In this document: positions 7,492 through 16,476 of the stretch, piece after piece | Position numbering within the stretch: the first letter of the stretch is position 1 | Layout: each line of letters begins with the position of its first letter | Origin: a virus | Lineage: Duplodnaviria; Caudoviricetes | Direction: 5' to 3' (one strand) | Length of the DNA: 42,906 bases | Virus record (IMG/VR): IMGVR_UViG_3300037467_000857 | Span: 1-42,906 of that record | The notes under the pieces: generated by a model | The model's input: the letters and a program-made list of their open reading frames with translations, nothing else | Told to the model about the DNA's origin: nothing | Database searches by the model: none | Made by a program: the position numbers and the translations under genes

Positions 7492-8087
7492 TGTGGCGCT
7501 CCGTTCACGTAGTCGGTCGCCTTCTTGTTCAGATCGGTCCAGTCCGCCGCGATGCGCTTCTGCTGATCGCGCAGCTCTTCGTCGGTCTCGCCGGCCTTGA
7601 GCGCGGCGATCATCTGGTGCTCGGCATTGGCGTCCTTGATCTTGAACCAGCGCTGGCCCACCGGGACGGGCGGGTCGCTCGGGCGCTGAACCTGCGGCCA
7701 CACATTGGCGAGATCGTCAGAGCCTCCGGCCCCCAGGTCAATGAGGTGGTCGAGCTCTCCGGTCTGATTGGCCCCGGTGTTGTTCGGCGGCGGCTTAAGC
7801 CCGTACCAACCGTAGACTTTTCGCTTCATCGCGGCCGAACTGAGCTTGTCGCGGACCATGCCGGTCCGGAAGCGCGGGTCGGTCAGCACCTTGACGGTGA
7901 GCGTCGGGTTGTAAGCTCCAGGGGTACACCTGGGGTCGGGCAAGGGTGCGCCGTTGGGCGCCGTGCCGAAGTGACACTCCCCGAAGGCGTGATCCGCCGC
8001 TACCGGCGCCAGCGGGACCGATGCCTTCGGATCGATGCCAAGCGAAGACGCGCTGACGGCCGCAGCCGCCGCGAGGGCGAGGAGCAT
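7488..8087 (-). CDS. Secreted HNH-like (His-Me finger) nuclease candidate
   Basis: Signal peptide-like N-terminus; LPDPRCTPGA; ELDHLIDLGAGGSDDLANVWPQ. Confidence 0.65.
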   Translation of the reverse strand: MLLALAAAAAVSASSLGIDPKASVPLAPVAADHAFGECHFGTAPNGAPLPDPRCTPGAYNPTLTVKVLTDPRFRTGMVRDKLSSAAMKRKVYGWYGLKPPPNNTGANQTGELDHLIDLGAGGSDDLANVWPQVQRPSDPPVPVGQRWFKIKDANAEHQMIAALKAGETDEELRDQQKRIAADWTDLNKKATDYVNGAPQ

Positions 8088-8103
8088 AGCGATGTCTCCG
8101 GGA

Positions 8104-8268
8104 TCAGGTCGGAAGGTGTTCGCGCAGCAGGACAGCCGCGTCGGGCGGGAGGGCTTCGAGGAGCGCCTTGAGGGCGACGAGGCCGATGCTCTCGAAGCCG
8201 CGCCAGGTCTCAGGGTCTGCTCCGATGTGCCGGCACACAGCCCTGATTGCAGCTTCGAGCGGGCTCAT
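8104..8268 (-). CDS. Small hypothetical protein, 54 aa
   Basis: MSPLEAAIRAVCRHIGADPETW... fills the gap in the operon. Confidence 0.45.
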   Translation of the reverse strand: MSPLEAAIRAVCRHIGADPETWRGFESIGLVALKALLEALPPDAAVLLREHLPT

Positions 8269-8272
8269 CGGG

Positions 8273-8362
8273 TTACGCCCCCGGTCGATAGAGGAAGGAT
8301 TTGACGACGACGGCGAGCGTCACGGCGCCAGCGAGGCCGAGCGCCGCCCAGAAGCCGTTCAC
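8273..8362 (-). CDS. 29-aa single-TM peptide after the endolysin
   Basis: GTG overlaps the endolysin TGA; MNGFWAALGLAGAVTLAVVVKSFLYRPGA. Confidence 0.45.
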   Translation of the reverse strand: MNGFWAALGLAGAVTLAVVVKSFLYRPGA

Positions 8363-8895
8363 GCCGCGACGTTAAGCGGGCTCAGTCCCTCGGGCTTGAG
8401 CGCCATCACCTTGAAGGAGGCCTCCGCCTTCGTGACCTTGCCGTCCTTGTTGGCGTCCAGGCCCGCATTGAGCCTGTACCGCGCGGGGTGGTCGTGGTCG
8501 TTGGCGTCGAAGATCGGGTAGTTCATCGGCTCGCCGACGGCGGCCGGGAAAAGGATGGCCATATAGAGGTCCGGCAGCGTCTTCAGCTTGCCCTTCCAGG
8601 GCGCGAAGTAGCGCTCGACCCAATCGAGCTGCTGCTCCGCCGTCATCTTCTCCAAGGCCTCGGTCGAGGTCCCGAGATCGGCGGCAGTCGTCGGCATGAA
8701 CTGGATCAAGCCCGTAGCTCCGGACCCGGCCATGTTCTTCACGTCCGGCCGGAAGGAGCGCCCACTCTCAAAGGCCATGCAGGTCATCAGGTCGGAGGGG
8801 TCGCAGCCGAGTTCAGCCGCGATCTGGCGAACCTTGGCGCGGAACGCCGGCGAGACCTTCGCGCCCCACGCCAGGAGCTTCAATGGCGGCGACAT
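8359..8895 (-). CDS. Endolysin, lytic transglycosylase (SLT-like)
   Basis: CMAFES (catalytic E), ATGLIQFMP..A and LDANKDGKVTKAE motifs. Confidence 0.9.
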   Translation of the reverse strand: MSPPLKLLAWGAKVSPAFRAKVRQIAAELGCDPSDLMTCMAFESGRSFRPDVKNMAGSGATGLIQFMPTTAADLGTSTEALEKMTAEQQLDWVERYFAPWKGKLKTLPDLYMAILFPAAVGEPMNYPIFDANDHDHPARYRLNAGLDANKDGKVTKAEASFKVMALKPEGLSPLNVAA

Positions 8896-9074
8896 GGGCG
8901 ACGCTCCGGGAACAGCTTTTCAAGGGCGATGGCGGGATAGTCGGGGGGCGGCTTGGCGCAGCTCCGCTCGAACTCGGCGAGGAGTTCGGCGAGGGCTTTG
9001 CGGCTCTCGGGCGTGTCGAGCGCGAGAGGGCCGAGCGTGTCGTCGACCAGGCGAAAGTTCTCGCGGCCCATCAC
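8880..9074 (-). CDS. Hypothetical protein
   Basis: Coupled ORF between the membrane protein and the endolysin. Confidence 0.45.
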   Translation of the reverse strand: MMGRENFRLVDDTLGPLALDTPESRKALAELLAEFERSCAKPPPDYPAIALEKLFPERRPCRRH

Positions 9075-9565
9075 TGCACCGCCATGATGGCGTGGTGGAT
9101 CACATGGAAGGCGGGCTCGAGTAGCGGGACGATGATCTTGTATGCGAGCACCAACCCGCTCATCGCGCCGAAGACAGTCCAGCCGGACCAGCCCGCGATG
9201 CCGCGAACCTTCGGCGCCTTCTCGCCAGGCGCGGACTTGATCACGCCGAGCGCCTTGGCGAGGCCGGAGACGGCGCCGTCGGCGATCTCCTGGGCCGCCT
9301 TGACTTCGCCGATCTCCCCCCGCACGCCGGTGAGATCCTCGCGGACCTCGGCGACGCTCTGCTGAACCCCGATTATGTCCCCGCGGAGGTTCATCAGCTC
9401 CTGACCCTGCGCGTGGCGAACCTCCGAGGCGTGCCGGTTCACCTTCACCTGTTCGGCCCGGAAGCCGTCGATGCAGGCGTGTGTCGCCTCCATGCCCTTC
9501 AGCGTCGCGAGTATCAGCTCGCGATCGGACAGGCCCTCGGGATCGATGCGGGGGAAATCAGTCAC
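9071..9565 (-). CDS. Coiled-coil protein with C-terminal TM helix (holin/antiholin candidate)
   Basis: GTG start (MTDFPRIDPE...); heptad region followed by a hydrophobic segment. Confidence 0.6.
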   Translation of the reverse strand: MTDFPRIDPEGLSDRELILATLKGMEATHACIDGFRAEQVKVNRHASEVRHAQGQELMNLRGDIIGVQQSVAEVREDLTGVRGEIGEVKAAQEIADGAVSGLAKALGVIKSAPGEKAPKVRGIAGWSGWTVFGAMSGLVLAYKIIVPLLEPAFHVIHHAIMAVQ

Positions 9566-9636
9566 GGCGCGCCCCTGTACTGGACGGGGCGTCCGGCCCC
9601 GCGAGGTGGTCATGGGTTGGAGTTGAGGGGCGGCGC

Positions 9637-9912
9637 TCACGAGGAGGCCGGGGTATTCCGTTCGCTGGTCTGGCTCGCGCCCCAGCGGTAGCCGGCATAG
9701 CCAGCGATCACGGCCGAGATGATCGCCGAGGCGATCGACGCGATGATCGGGAGCGTGAGCTTGATGTCGGTCGCGACGAAGAGACCGAGGACCACTCCGC
9801 CGACGATGACGAGACCGCCGATGACCATGATGTAGTCCAGCGGGTTCGGACCGTCCTTGCGGACAGCCTGAGGCGCAGCGGCAGGCGCGCCGCTGGTGGG
9901 CGTTTCGCTCAT
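9637..9912 (-). CDS. Two-TM holin candidate
   Basis: 91 aa with two hydrophobic helices, upstream of the endolysin. Confidence 0.65.
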   Translation of the reverse strand: MSETPTSGAPAAAPQAVRKDGPNPLDYIMVIGGLVIVGGVVLGLFVATDIKLTLPIIASIASAIISAVIAGYAGYRWGASQTSERNTPASS

Positions 9913-9968
9913 GAGTGAGCCTTTCTCGGTTGATGCAGGTCGGCCGCCTCTGGTGGGCGGCTCCGGTG

Positions 9969-10319
9969 TCAGTCGACGGGCTTGCCGTCAGGGGCGAGCC
10001 ACTTCCTGGGCTCGCCAGCCGGATGGACGTAGCCCCATGTGTGCGCCACACCGTGGAGGTAGCGGGCCTCCCACAGCGCATCGTCGCCCGTCGCAGCCTT
10101 GGACAGCATCAGCATCACGCGGGCCTTGGGCGACACGCACTCGCAGATCAGTTGCGGGTTCCACTCGTCGTTCGCGGCCACGCCAAGTTCGCGGGCCTTG
10201 GCGTCTAGTTCCTCGGCGCTGTCGACCTCGACGCACTTGAAGAACGGCGCGATGACCGAGGGTGCGTTTTTCGGCGGGGTCGGCGGATAGTCGCCCGGTA
10301 CGAGGCCGAGGAAGCTCAC
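9969..10319 (-). CDS. Hypothetical protein
   Basis: 116 aa ORF directly after the tail module. Confidence 0.55.
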   Translation of the reverse strand: MSFLGLVPGDYPPTPPKNAPSVIAPFFKCVEVDSAEELDAKARELGVAANDEWNPQLICECVSPKARVMLMLSKAATGDDALWEARYLHGVAHTWGYVHPAGEPRKWLAPDGKPVD

Positions 10320-10321
10320 GC

Positions 10322-11128
10322 TCAGCCCTGCTGCGTCGCGGCGAGAACGAAGAGCTGATCCAAGACAGCGCCGGGGTTCTGGCCGGCGGGGACCAGCAGC
10401 GGGGCCATCTGGTTCAGCACGGCGTTGTCGCGCGCCACCTTCGCCGCGGACCAGAGCAGCTGCACGTTCGCCGGCGAACCTGCGACAAGGGCGTTGGCGT
10501 CGTCGAGCAGGGTCTTGCCGGCGTTCAAGAAGGAAGCGGTCTCCAAGAGCGCCAGCTTGAACTGCACCATGTCGACGACCGGCACCACGGGCGGTGCGGT
10601 CAGCTCCGCGATCCGGGCGTTCGCGGCGTCCAACTGGGTCTGGACGGCCTGCACAGCCGCGGTCTGGGCGGTGGCCGCAGCCGAGAGCGCGGCTTCCTTG
10701 TCGGCGGCCGCGGCGGCGAGAGCCTGGGTCTGGGCGTCGGCTGCGGCCTGGAGCGCCGAGGCCTTGTCCTGTGCCGCCTCTTGCAGCGCCGCGGCCTTAT
10801 CTGCGGCGGCGGCCTGGAGCGCCGCGGCCTTGTCGTCGGCTGCCGATTGGAGAGCCGCCTGGTGGTCCGCCGTCATCTGGGCGATCTGGGCCTGGAGGCC
10901 GTCGCGCTCCGCGGTCAGCGCAGGAAGCTGGTCACCGATGACTGTGACGACGTCCGAGACGTTGATCGTCGCCGCCGGCACCCGGTCGAGGGGCTCGTAC
11001 GTCCTGGCCACGTCATCATACAGCTCGCGCTGGTCGATCAAGCAGGCGTAGGTCTGGAGCGTGCCGGTGGCGTCACGCCGCCAGGCGACGATCAGCTCCT
11101 CGTGCCGGGTCTGCACCGTCTGGGCCAT
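10322..11128 (-). CDS. Tail-associated protein with 11-residue Ala-rich repeats
   Basis: Coupled to the fibre gene; about 7 DKAAALQAAAA-type repeats. Confidence 0.75.
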   Translation of the reverse strand: MAQTVQTRHEELIVAWRRDATGTLQTYACLIDQRELYDDVARTYEPLDRVPAATINVSDVVTVIGDQLPALTAERDGLQAQIAQMTADHQAALQSAADDKAAALQAAAADKAAALQEAAQDKASALQAAADAQTQALAAAAADKEAALSAAATAQTAAVQAVQTQLDAANARIAELTAPPVVPVVDMVQFKLALLETASFLNAGKTLLDDANALVAGSPANVQLLWSAAKVARDNAVLNQMAPLLVPAGQNPGAVLDQLFVLAATQQG

Positions 11129-12642
11129 CAGGCAAATCTCCAGGTCGAACTCACGCAGACCACCTTGCAGGGCTGCGAGCCTCCGCCAGATGCGGCCGCG
11201 AAATAGGTGGGCGACGCAGGGCCGTCGCTGATCATCATTTCGAGGCCCTCGTTCGCGGCGCTGGCCGTCGGGAGGGTCGCGAAGGTGCGCTCGGTGAACT
11301 GGAGGCCGGCGAGCTGGAGCGTCCCGCTCTTGTCGCCCTGCGTACCGTTTCCGAGAGCCATGACCGCGGCAGCCGCTCGCGAGAGAGCCGTATCGGGCGC
11401 CGAGGTCGCGTTGCTGGTGGTCGAGGTGAAGCCGAGTTTGCCGTTAGAGGCTGCGGCGATGGTCGCCTGCTGCCACCCGAAGGAGACGCTCGTACCGTTG
11501 TCCCGCGCACCGCCGACGATGTTCGTGCCCGCCACGGTGCCGATGTTGGTGACGCCGCTGGCGGCTTGGAAGTTAGCGGCCTGAACGGTGCCGGTGGCGT
11601 TCCCTGCCGTGCCGTTCCCGACGTTGACCTGACCAGCCGCGCCGCGTGAAAGGCCGGTGTCGGGGTTTCCGGGCGTGCCGCTGGCGCCCCAGCGGAACAT
11701 CCCTCCAATGGCAATGCCGACGCCGTCGATCTTGGCCTGGTCAGAGCCGCTGGCGCCGAAGACCGTCCCAGCGCCACCGTCTCCGTAGATGCCTCCGGTC
11801 CCGCCATACTTGATCGCCTGCGCAGTATTGCTCCCCTGCCCCAGCGCAATGGCTGCCGCCTTCAGCGAGCCGAGGCCATCACCTCTCGACGTAGTGTCCA
11901 CCGACACGACGCCGGCGGATGACCGCGAGAGCTGAGTATCGAGCGACCCATTGGCCCCGCTGGCGCTCCATCCAAGCACGCGGCTGGACGACAGAAGGTA
12001 GCCGGTCCCGACGCTGATCCGCTCCGTGATCAGCGACCCCGCCGCCTGTGAGAAGTCGAGCGTCCCGTTGTTGCCGGCGAGCGACCCGGTGACGGTCATC
12101 ACGCCGCCGTTGGTCGTCAGGGCGTCGATGTTCGCGCGCGCCGTAGCCGCGTTCGCCACATCGGACAGATTGGAGGCCTTCTGCAGGCTCGCGGCCTGGG
12201 CCGTCGCGATGGCCGCTGCCTGCGCCGTCGACACGGGCTTGTTGGCGTCGGAGGTGTTGTCGACGTTGCCGAGGCCGACGTCGGCCTTGGCGAGGGTCAC
12301 CGCCCCTGTCCGACCGGCGACCGACGACACCGGGGCGAACGTGGCGATCGCCTGGGCCGTCTTGAGCGGGGTCATGTAGGCGGCATCGTCCGTGCCGGCC
12401 TGCGCCTGCGGCGTGGTGGCCTTGGTCAGCGTCGCCGCCGCTATGGCCGCCGCCACCTCTTCGGTGCTGGGTACGTCGATGTTCGTCCGGGCCTGCGCCT
12501 GCTGCGGCGCCCCGAGGCTCTGGGCGACGGCATAGAGCACGGCCCCGATGGGCGCGCCGCCGACCTGCAGCTGAACGCCCGTCGACTGGACGATCAGCTT
12601 GTTCGTCTGCTGGACGACCGTGAGGGTGTTGGCCCCGCTCAT
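11128..12642 (-). CDS. Tail fibre/receptor-binding protein
   Basis: Gly/Ala/Ser/Thr-rich; VSSVAGRTGAVTL..ADVGLGNVDNTSD fibre motif; three DT.LSR..AG repeats. Confidence 0.8.
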   Translation of the reverse strand: MSGANTLTVVQQTNKLIVQSTGVQLQVGGAPIGAVLYAVAQSLGAPQQAQARTNIDVPSTEEVAAAIAAATLTKATTPQAQAGTDDAAYMTPLKTAQAIATFAPVSSVAGRTGAVTLAKADVGLGNVDNTSDANKPVSTAQAAAIATAQAASLQKASNLSDVANAATARANIDALTTNGGVMTVTGSLAGNNGTLDFSQAAGSLITERISVGTGYLLSSSRVLGWSASGANGSLDTQLSRSSAGVVSVDTTSRGDGLGSLKAAAIALGQGSNTAQAIKYGGTGGIYGDGGAGTVFGASGSDQAKIDGVGIAIGGMFRWGASGTPGNPDTGLSRGAAGQVNVGNGTAGNATGTVQAANFQAASGVTNIGTVAGTNIVGGARDNGTSVSFGWQQATIAAASNGKLGFTSTTSNATSAPDTALSRAAAAVMALGNGTQGDKSGTLQLAGLQFTERTFATLPTASAANEGLEMMISDGPASPTYFAAASGGGSQPCKVVCVSSTWRFA

Positions 12643-13016
12643 TGGGTCACCGGCGGATTCACGTAGGCGATGCCCTCCCAGAGCCGGTCGATGTGGCCGT
12701 CCGGCCAGGTCAGGAAGAAGTCGTGCACGGCCTGCTTCTGCCCCGGAGTGCCGCCGAGGCCGGCGATGCTGATGCCCGCCGTCTGCGTCGAAGTCATGAT
12801 GACCTGGATCGTGCCAGCCGGGCCGCCGAGCACGATGCCGCCGTTCCCGGTCGTCAGGTCCACCAGCGCCGGCGAGGCGCCGAACGCCGCCCGGACCTGC
12901 ATGTGCGCGGTGCAGCCGGTGAGGTTGATCAGGGCGCCGGTCGGGTCGGTGTAGGTGAGCGTCTCGTTGAAGGACGCCCCCTGCTCGATGGTGATGTCCC
13001 AGCGCGCGGCTGTCAT
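12639..13016 (-). CDS. Fibre adaptor/BppU-like virion protein
   Basis: MTAARWDITIEQGASF...INLTGCTAHMQVR; RBS AGGAGG. Confidence 0.7.
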   Translation of the reverse strand: MTAARWDITIEQGASFNETLTYTDPTGALINLTGCTAHMQVRAAFGASPALVDLTTGNGGIVLGGPAGTIQVIMTSTQTAGISIAGLGGTPGQKQAVHDFFLTWPDGHIDRLWEGIAYVNPPVTQ

Positions 13017-13069
13017 GCGTGGACCTCCTGTACTGGCGCTGGCTGGCGAGGACGGGCTAGAAGCCGCCG

Positions 13070-13813
13070 ATGGCGAGGATCGAAGTCGAGACCGAGCGCG
13101 GCCCGATCTGGTTTTGGGGCGAGGACCGCGGGCTTCCCGTCGTCCTGGTCGTGACGGGCTTTCGGGCCTCGGCGGACACCTGGGAGCCAAGGACCTTCCA
13201 GCCAGTCGGCTTCGACTTCCTGCGCACCCACCTTCCGGGCAACCACTGCCCGCCGCTGGACGAGATATCCGTCGAGGCCTACGCCGACGCACTGGAAGCC
13301 GCCCTCGCCTCCCGCTTTCCCGGCCGCCCCTTGCTGGTGGTGGGCCAGTCGGCGGGAGCCCTCGTCGCGCTGGCGCTGCGCAGCCCAGAGATCCGCCGAC
13401 TGGTGCTTCTGGAGCCGCCTTTACGCAGCGACGACCTGTGGCCGCTCAACGAGGCGCTCGACCCGGCGCAGGGGCTGTCCGACTACGAGCTGTCGCAACT
13501 GTCGGCTCTTTTCGGCGTCGGCGCGGCTTGCGTCGTCGGCATGGACTATCGGCCGCTGCTGGACGGGCTGACCGTGCCAACGCGCGTGCTCCTGGGCGAT
13601 GCTCCGCTGCTACCCCGGCGTCCGCTGCCCCGATGGCCCAGCTTGGTCGACGACGATAGCCGCGCCGCCCTGAAGGCCAACCCGCTTGTCAGGCGCACCG
13701 TGGTCGCCGGCGCCGGTCACGGGGTCCAGATGGAAGCCCTGCAAGCCTGCGTGGAAGTCGTCGTCGAGGAGGCGCGCCAAGCGTTCAGCGACCCTTCCAT
13801 CGCCTTCTCCTAG
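13070..13813 (+). CDS. Alpha/beta-fold hydrolase (esterase/lipase-like), antisense accessory gene
   Basis: G-Q-S-A-G nucleophile elbow, LVLLEPP, C-terminal GAGH. Confidence 0.85.
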   Translation: MARIEVETERGPIWFWGEDRGLPVVLVVTGFRASADTWEPRTFQPVGFDFLRTHLPGNHCPPLDEISVEAYADALEAALASRFPGRPLLVVGQSAGALVALALRSPEIRRLVLLEPPLRSDDLWPLNEALDPAQGLSDYELSQLSALFGVGAACVVGMDYRPLLDGLTVPTRVLLGDAPLLPRRPLPRWPSLVDDDSRAALKANPLVRRTVVAGAGHGVQMEALQACVEVVVEEARQAFSDPSIAFS

Positions 13814-14427
13814 AGGAGCGCCACCAAACCGAGTGCGCCCTGGCTCGACGGAATGCTGGTCCAGGTCAGCGCGCCGCCGCCGTACTTCAGCGGTGTCACG
13901 AGGTCCGCTACCGCGATGTCCGTGCCGCCGGAACTGAAGTTGTCCCGCAACGTGGTCCCTGTCGGCGCGCCGGTCAGCGAGACGTTGGAACTGCTGACCG
14001 CAGCAACCACCAGCCCCTTCGTCCCCGCCGGCTTCGCACTGCTGACCGACTTCGACGTGTCGCTGGTCGTCCAGGGCGTGTTCGCCAGCAAAGAGGCGGT
14101 CTTGGGCCCGCGGTACATCAGGGCGGTGTACTGGCCGCCCGCGTTGCCGGTGAAAGTCGGCGCCGTGGAGATGTCGCCCGACGTGAGCACCTTGTAGAAG
14201 ACCGGCGCCGTGTAGAGCCCCGCCGTGAAGGACCCGGCCAGCGCCCAACCGCTGGGCGGGGTTGTGCTCCCCGCCTCCCCGATGACCACCCCGAGGTCAC
14301 CGACGGAAGCGGCGGCGAAGCTCGGTCTGGCGTTGCCGGAGCCGTCGATCGTGACGTGGCTGACCGCGATGAACTGGCAGCTCAGCCGGGATTGCTGCTG
14401 CAGCATGGCGGCCGCGAAGGCGAGCAT
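13810..14427 (-). CDS. Fibre partner/putative receptor-binding protein
   Basis: ATG coupled to the fibre stop (MLAFAAAMLQQQ...); Ser/Thr/Gly-rich. Confidence 0.7.
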   Translation of the reverse strand: MLAFAAAMLQQQSRLSCQFIAVSHVTIDGSGNARPSFAAASVGDLGVVIGEAGSTTPPSGWALAGSFTAGLYTAPVFYKVLTSGDISTAPTFTGNAGGQYTALMYRGPKTASLLANTPWTTSDTSKSVSSAKPAGTKGLVVAAVSSSNVSLTGAPTGTTLRDNFSSGGTDIAVADLVTPLKYGGGALTWTSIPSSQGALGLVALL

Positions 14428-15842
14428 CAGACGCCCTGCCAGAAGACCGCTTCGAGCTTTCCGCGGCCGGCGTTGTACTGCGCGATCACCTTGTCGGTCT
14501 TGCCGGCCGTAGTCTGCAGCGTAGGCGTCCCGGCGGCGCCGAAGTCCCAGATCGCGTTCCAGGTCGGCACGCGGCTGCCGGTGGCGTCCTGCACCAGGTT
14601 CAGCGTGTAGGTCACGCCGTCCTTCAGGTTCGTCGGCGCGCCGATGGTCCGGTTGCCGCCGAGGGTGATGGTCGCGTTGAAGCCCTGCGAGGTGTCCCAG
14701 GCGACGGTCGCGGCGTCGGTCAGGGAGATGAAGGCCGAGGCGGATGCCAGAGCGCCGGGCGTGATCCCGACATCGGTCGCGGCGAGGGCCAAAAGCCCCG
14801 CCACTGTGGCCCCGCCGAGCGGCCCCCACGGACGCCACAGGCTCGTCGCCCCGTCGTAGATGACGGCGAACGACTGCTTCGGACCGAGGTAACGGTCCGC
14901 GCCGAAGTCGAAGCGGTTGGCCGCCGCCGAACTCGCGCTGTTCGCCACCAGCGTGATGGGGTTGGCCCCGCCGTTCTCGAAGATCTTGATCACCCCGTCC
15001 GCCTGAGCCGCGAGGCCGGTGATCGAGACCGGCGCGCTTGCGGTGAGGCGCAGGATCGTGGCGGTGCTGAGGCCGGTCGGGTTGTAGTCGTTCTGGTTCG
15101 CCGCGAGCGGCGCCGGGCTGATATTCCCGCCGAGGCGCAGCGCCTGCGAGATGTTGACCGTCCCCGTAAAGACCGGGCTGCCGAGCTGCGCGATGCCGGG
15201 AAAGACCGGCGCGCTGGAGTGCTGGGCGATGTTGCCCGAGGTGATGGTCGATTGCCCGTTCGCCACCGTGACCACCCATAGGGGCGAAAAACCGGCGTCG
15301 GCCGTGGGGGTGACCTGCGAGCCGGTGGTCGCCGCGACACCCGCCTTGACCTGCAGCGTCGCCCGGTCCTGCCGGTTCTGGGTGATGTTGTTCTGGATCG
15401 GGTTCGCGGGCGCCTGCGTGTTCAGGAAAGCCTGCTGCGTCCCCGTCGAGTCGGTTTCGCTGAAGGCCACTTCGATCAGGTAGTTGATCGACTGGCCCGC
15501 TGTGCCGGGCGGCGTGAACCCGGAGAGCGTCGTAGTGTCCCGCAGCAGGCCCTGCTTCAGGATCTGGTGGTCGGGGTTCGTGTCGGCTGGAAGGCCGCCC
15601 TGGCTGTTGATGCCGCCCCACGCCGTCGGCTCGAGGGTCTGCACCGAATAGATTCGGCCGGGCGAGATTTGCACGGTGAGCGCCGCCGGAGACGAGGGGC
15701 TGCACACCATGCCGGAGACCAGCGTGGAACTCCCAAGGAGGTCCATCGCCAGGAGGCCGATGGCCTCATAGCCGTAGCGCTCGGCGAGCAGGAAATCGAC
15801 GTCCTGGAAGCCTTGCTGGAAGTAGATGGTCCGGCGGTCCAT
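14427..15842 (-). CDS. Tail fibre protein 2
   Basis: N-terminal region of about 200 aa paralogous to 16476..18038; C-terminal LTDAATVAWD...LVQDATGSR..W adaptor-like domain. Confidence 0.8.
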   Translation of the reverse strand: MDRRTIYFQQGFQDVDFLLAERYGYEAIGLLAMDLLGSSTLVSGMVCSPSSPAALTVQISPGRIYSVQTLEPTAWGGINSQGGLPADTNPDHQILKQGLLRDTTTLSGFTPPGTAGQSINYLIEVAFSETDSTGTQQAFLNTQAPANPIQNNITQNRQDRATLQVKAGVAATTGSQVTPTADAGFSPLWVVTVANGQSTITSGNIAQHSSAPVFPGIAQLGSPVFTGTVNISQALRLGGNISPAPLAANQNDYNPTGLSTATILRLTASAPVSITGLAAQADGVIKIFENGGANPITLVANSASSAAANRFDFGADRYLGPKQSFAVIYDGATSLWRPWGPLGGATVAGLLALAATDVGITPGALASASAFISLTDAATVAWDTSQGFNATITLGGNRTIGAPTNLKDGVTYTLNLVQDATGSRVPTWNAIWDFGAAGTPTLQTTAGKTDKVIAQYNAGRGKLEAVFWQGV

Positions 15843-15852
15843 GCGTCGTCCT

Positions 15853-16476
15853 TCAAAGGCCGGACGGCGCGCTCAGCACGAGCGGCGTCACGTAGGCGAG
15901 CGTCGAGGGGAAGAAGTACTGGCGGTTCGCCGCCTTGGTCGGATGCAGCCCGTCAGGCAGGCCCGTGCTCGGGTCGATCTGCGTGAGGCTGGTGGGCAGC
16001 GGGTTCGGCCAGTCGACGTAGTGGCTGAGGAAGTCCACGCCGTTCGCCACGGCCGCAGAGATCTCGTCGGTGTAGTAGTCGCCCAGGTGCGTCCGGAAGC
16101 TGTCGCCGGCGCTCGCCGGGCTCATCGTCTGGATGCAGATGCGCGATCGCGGCGACGCGGCCTTCCACGTGGCGATCATGCTGTTGACGTTCGCAAGGTG
16201 CGTCGGGCGGTCGATGCCCATGGCGCAGTCGTTGATGGCGAAGCCCTCGGAGAGGATCAGGTCGGGCTTCAGCGCAGCAACGACCGGGGCCATGGGGACG
16301 CCCCACGACACCGTCGTCTGCGAGCCCTTGCCGAAATTCACCACCTGGACGTCGCGGTCGACGGCCGCCTTCAGGGCGTTGCGGAGGTCGACATCCCAGC
16401 CCGTCGCCAGCCGCCCGTTGGTGAGGCTGGTCCCGAGCAGCGCGATGGTGAAGCAGCGCTTGACCGGCGGCGCCAT
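15853..16476 (-). CDS. SGNH/GDSL hydrolase (esterase)
   Basis: Block I LGTSLT, block II NFGKGS, block III GFAIND, block V DGLHP. Confidence 0.9.
   Translation of the reverse strand: MAPPVKRCFTIALLGTSLTNGRLATGWDVDLRNALKAAVDRDVQVVNFGKGSQTTVSWGVPMAPVVAALKPDLILSEGFAINDCAMGIDRPTHLANVNSMIATWKAASPRSRICIQTMSPASAGDSFRTHLGDYYTDEISAAVANGVDFLSHYVDWPNPLPTSLTQIDPSTGLPDGLHPTKAANRQYFFPSTLAYVTPLVLSAPSGL

Noticed and set aside
9969-10319. HGVAH as a zinc metalloprotease motif
   Set aside because: Lacks the Glu of HExxH and has no other support
10640-10880. CRISPR-like periodic repeats
   Set aside because: Degenerate in-frame coding repeats without spacers
13810-15705. 631-aa ORF overlapping fibre 2
   Set aside because: The real start is the coupled ATG at 14427; the upstream part is off-frame overlap
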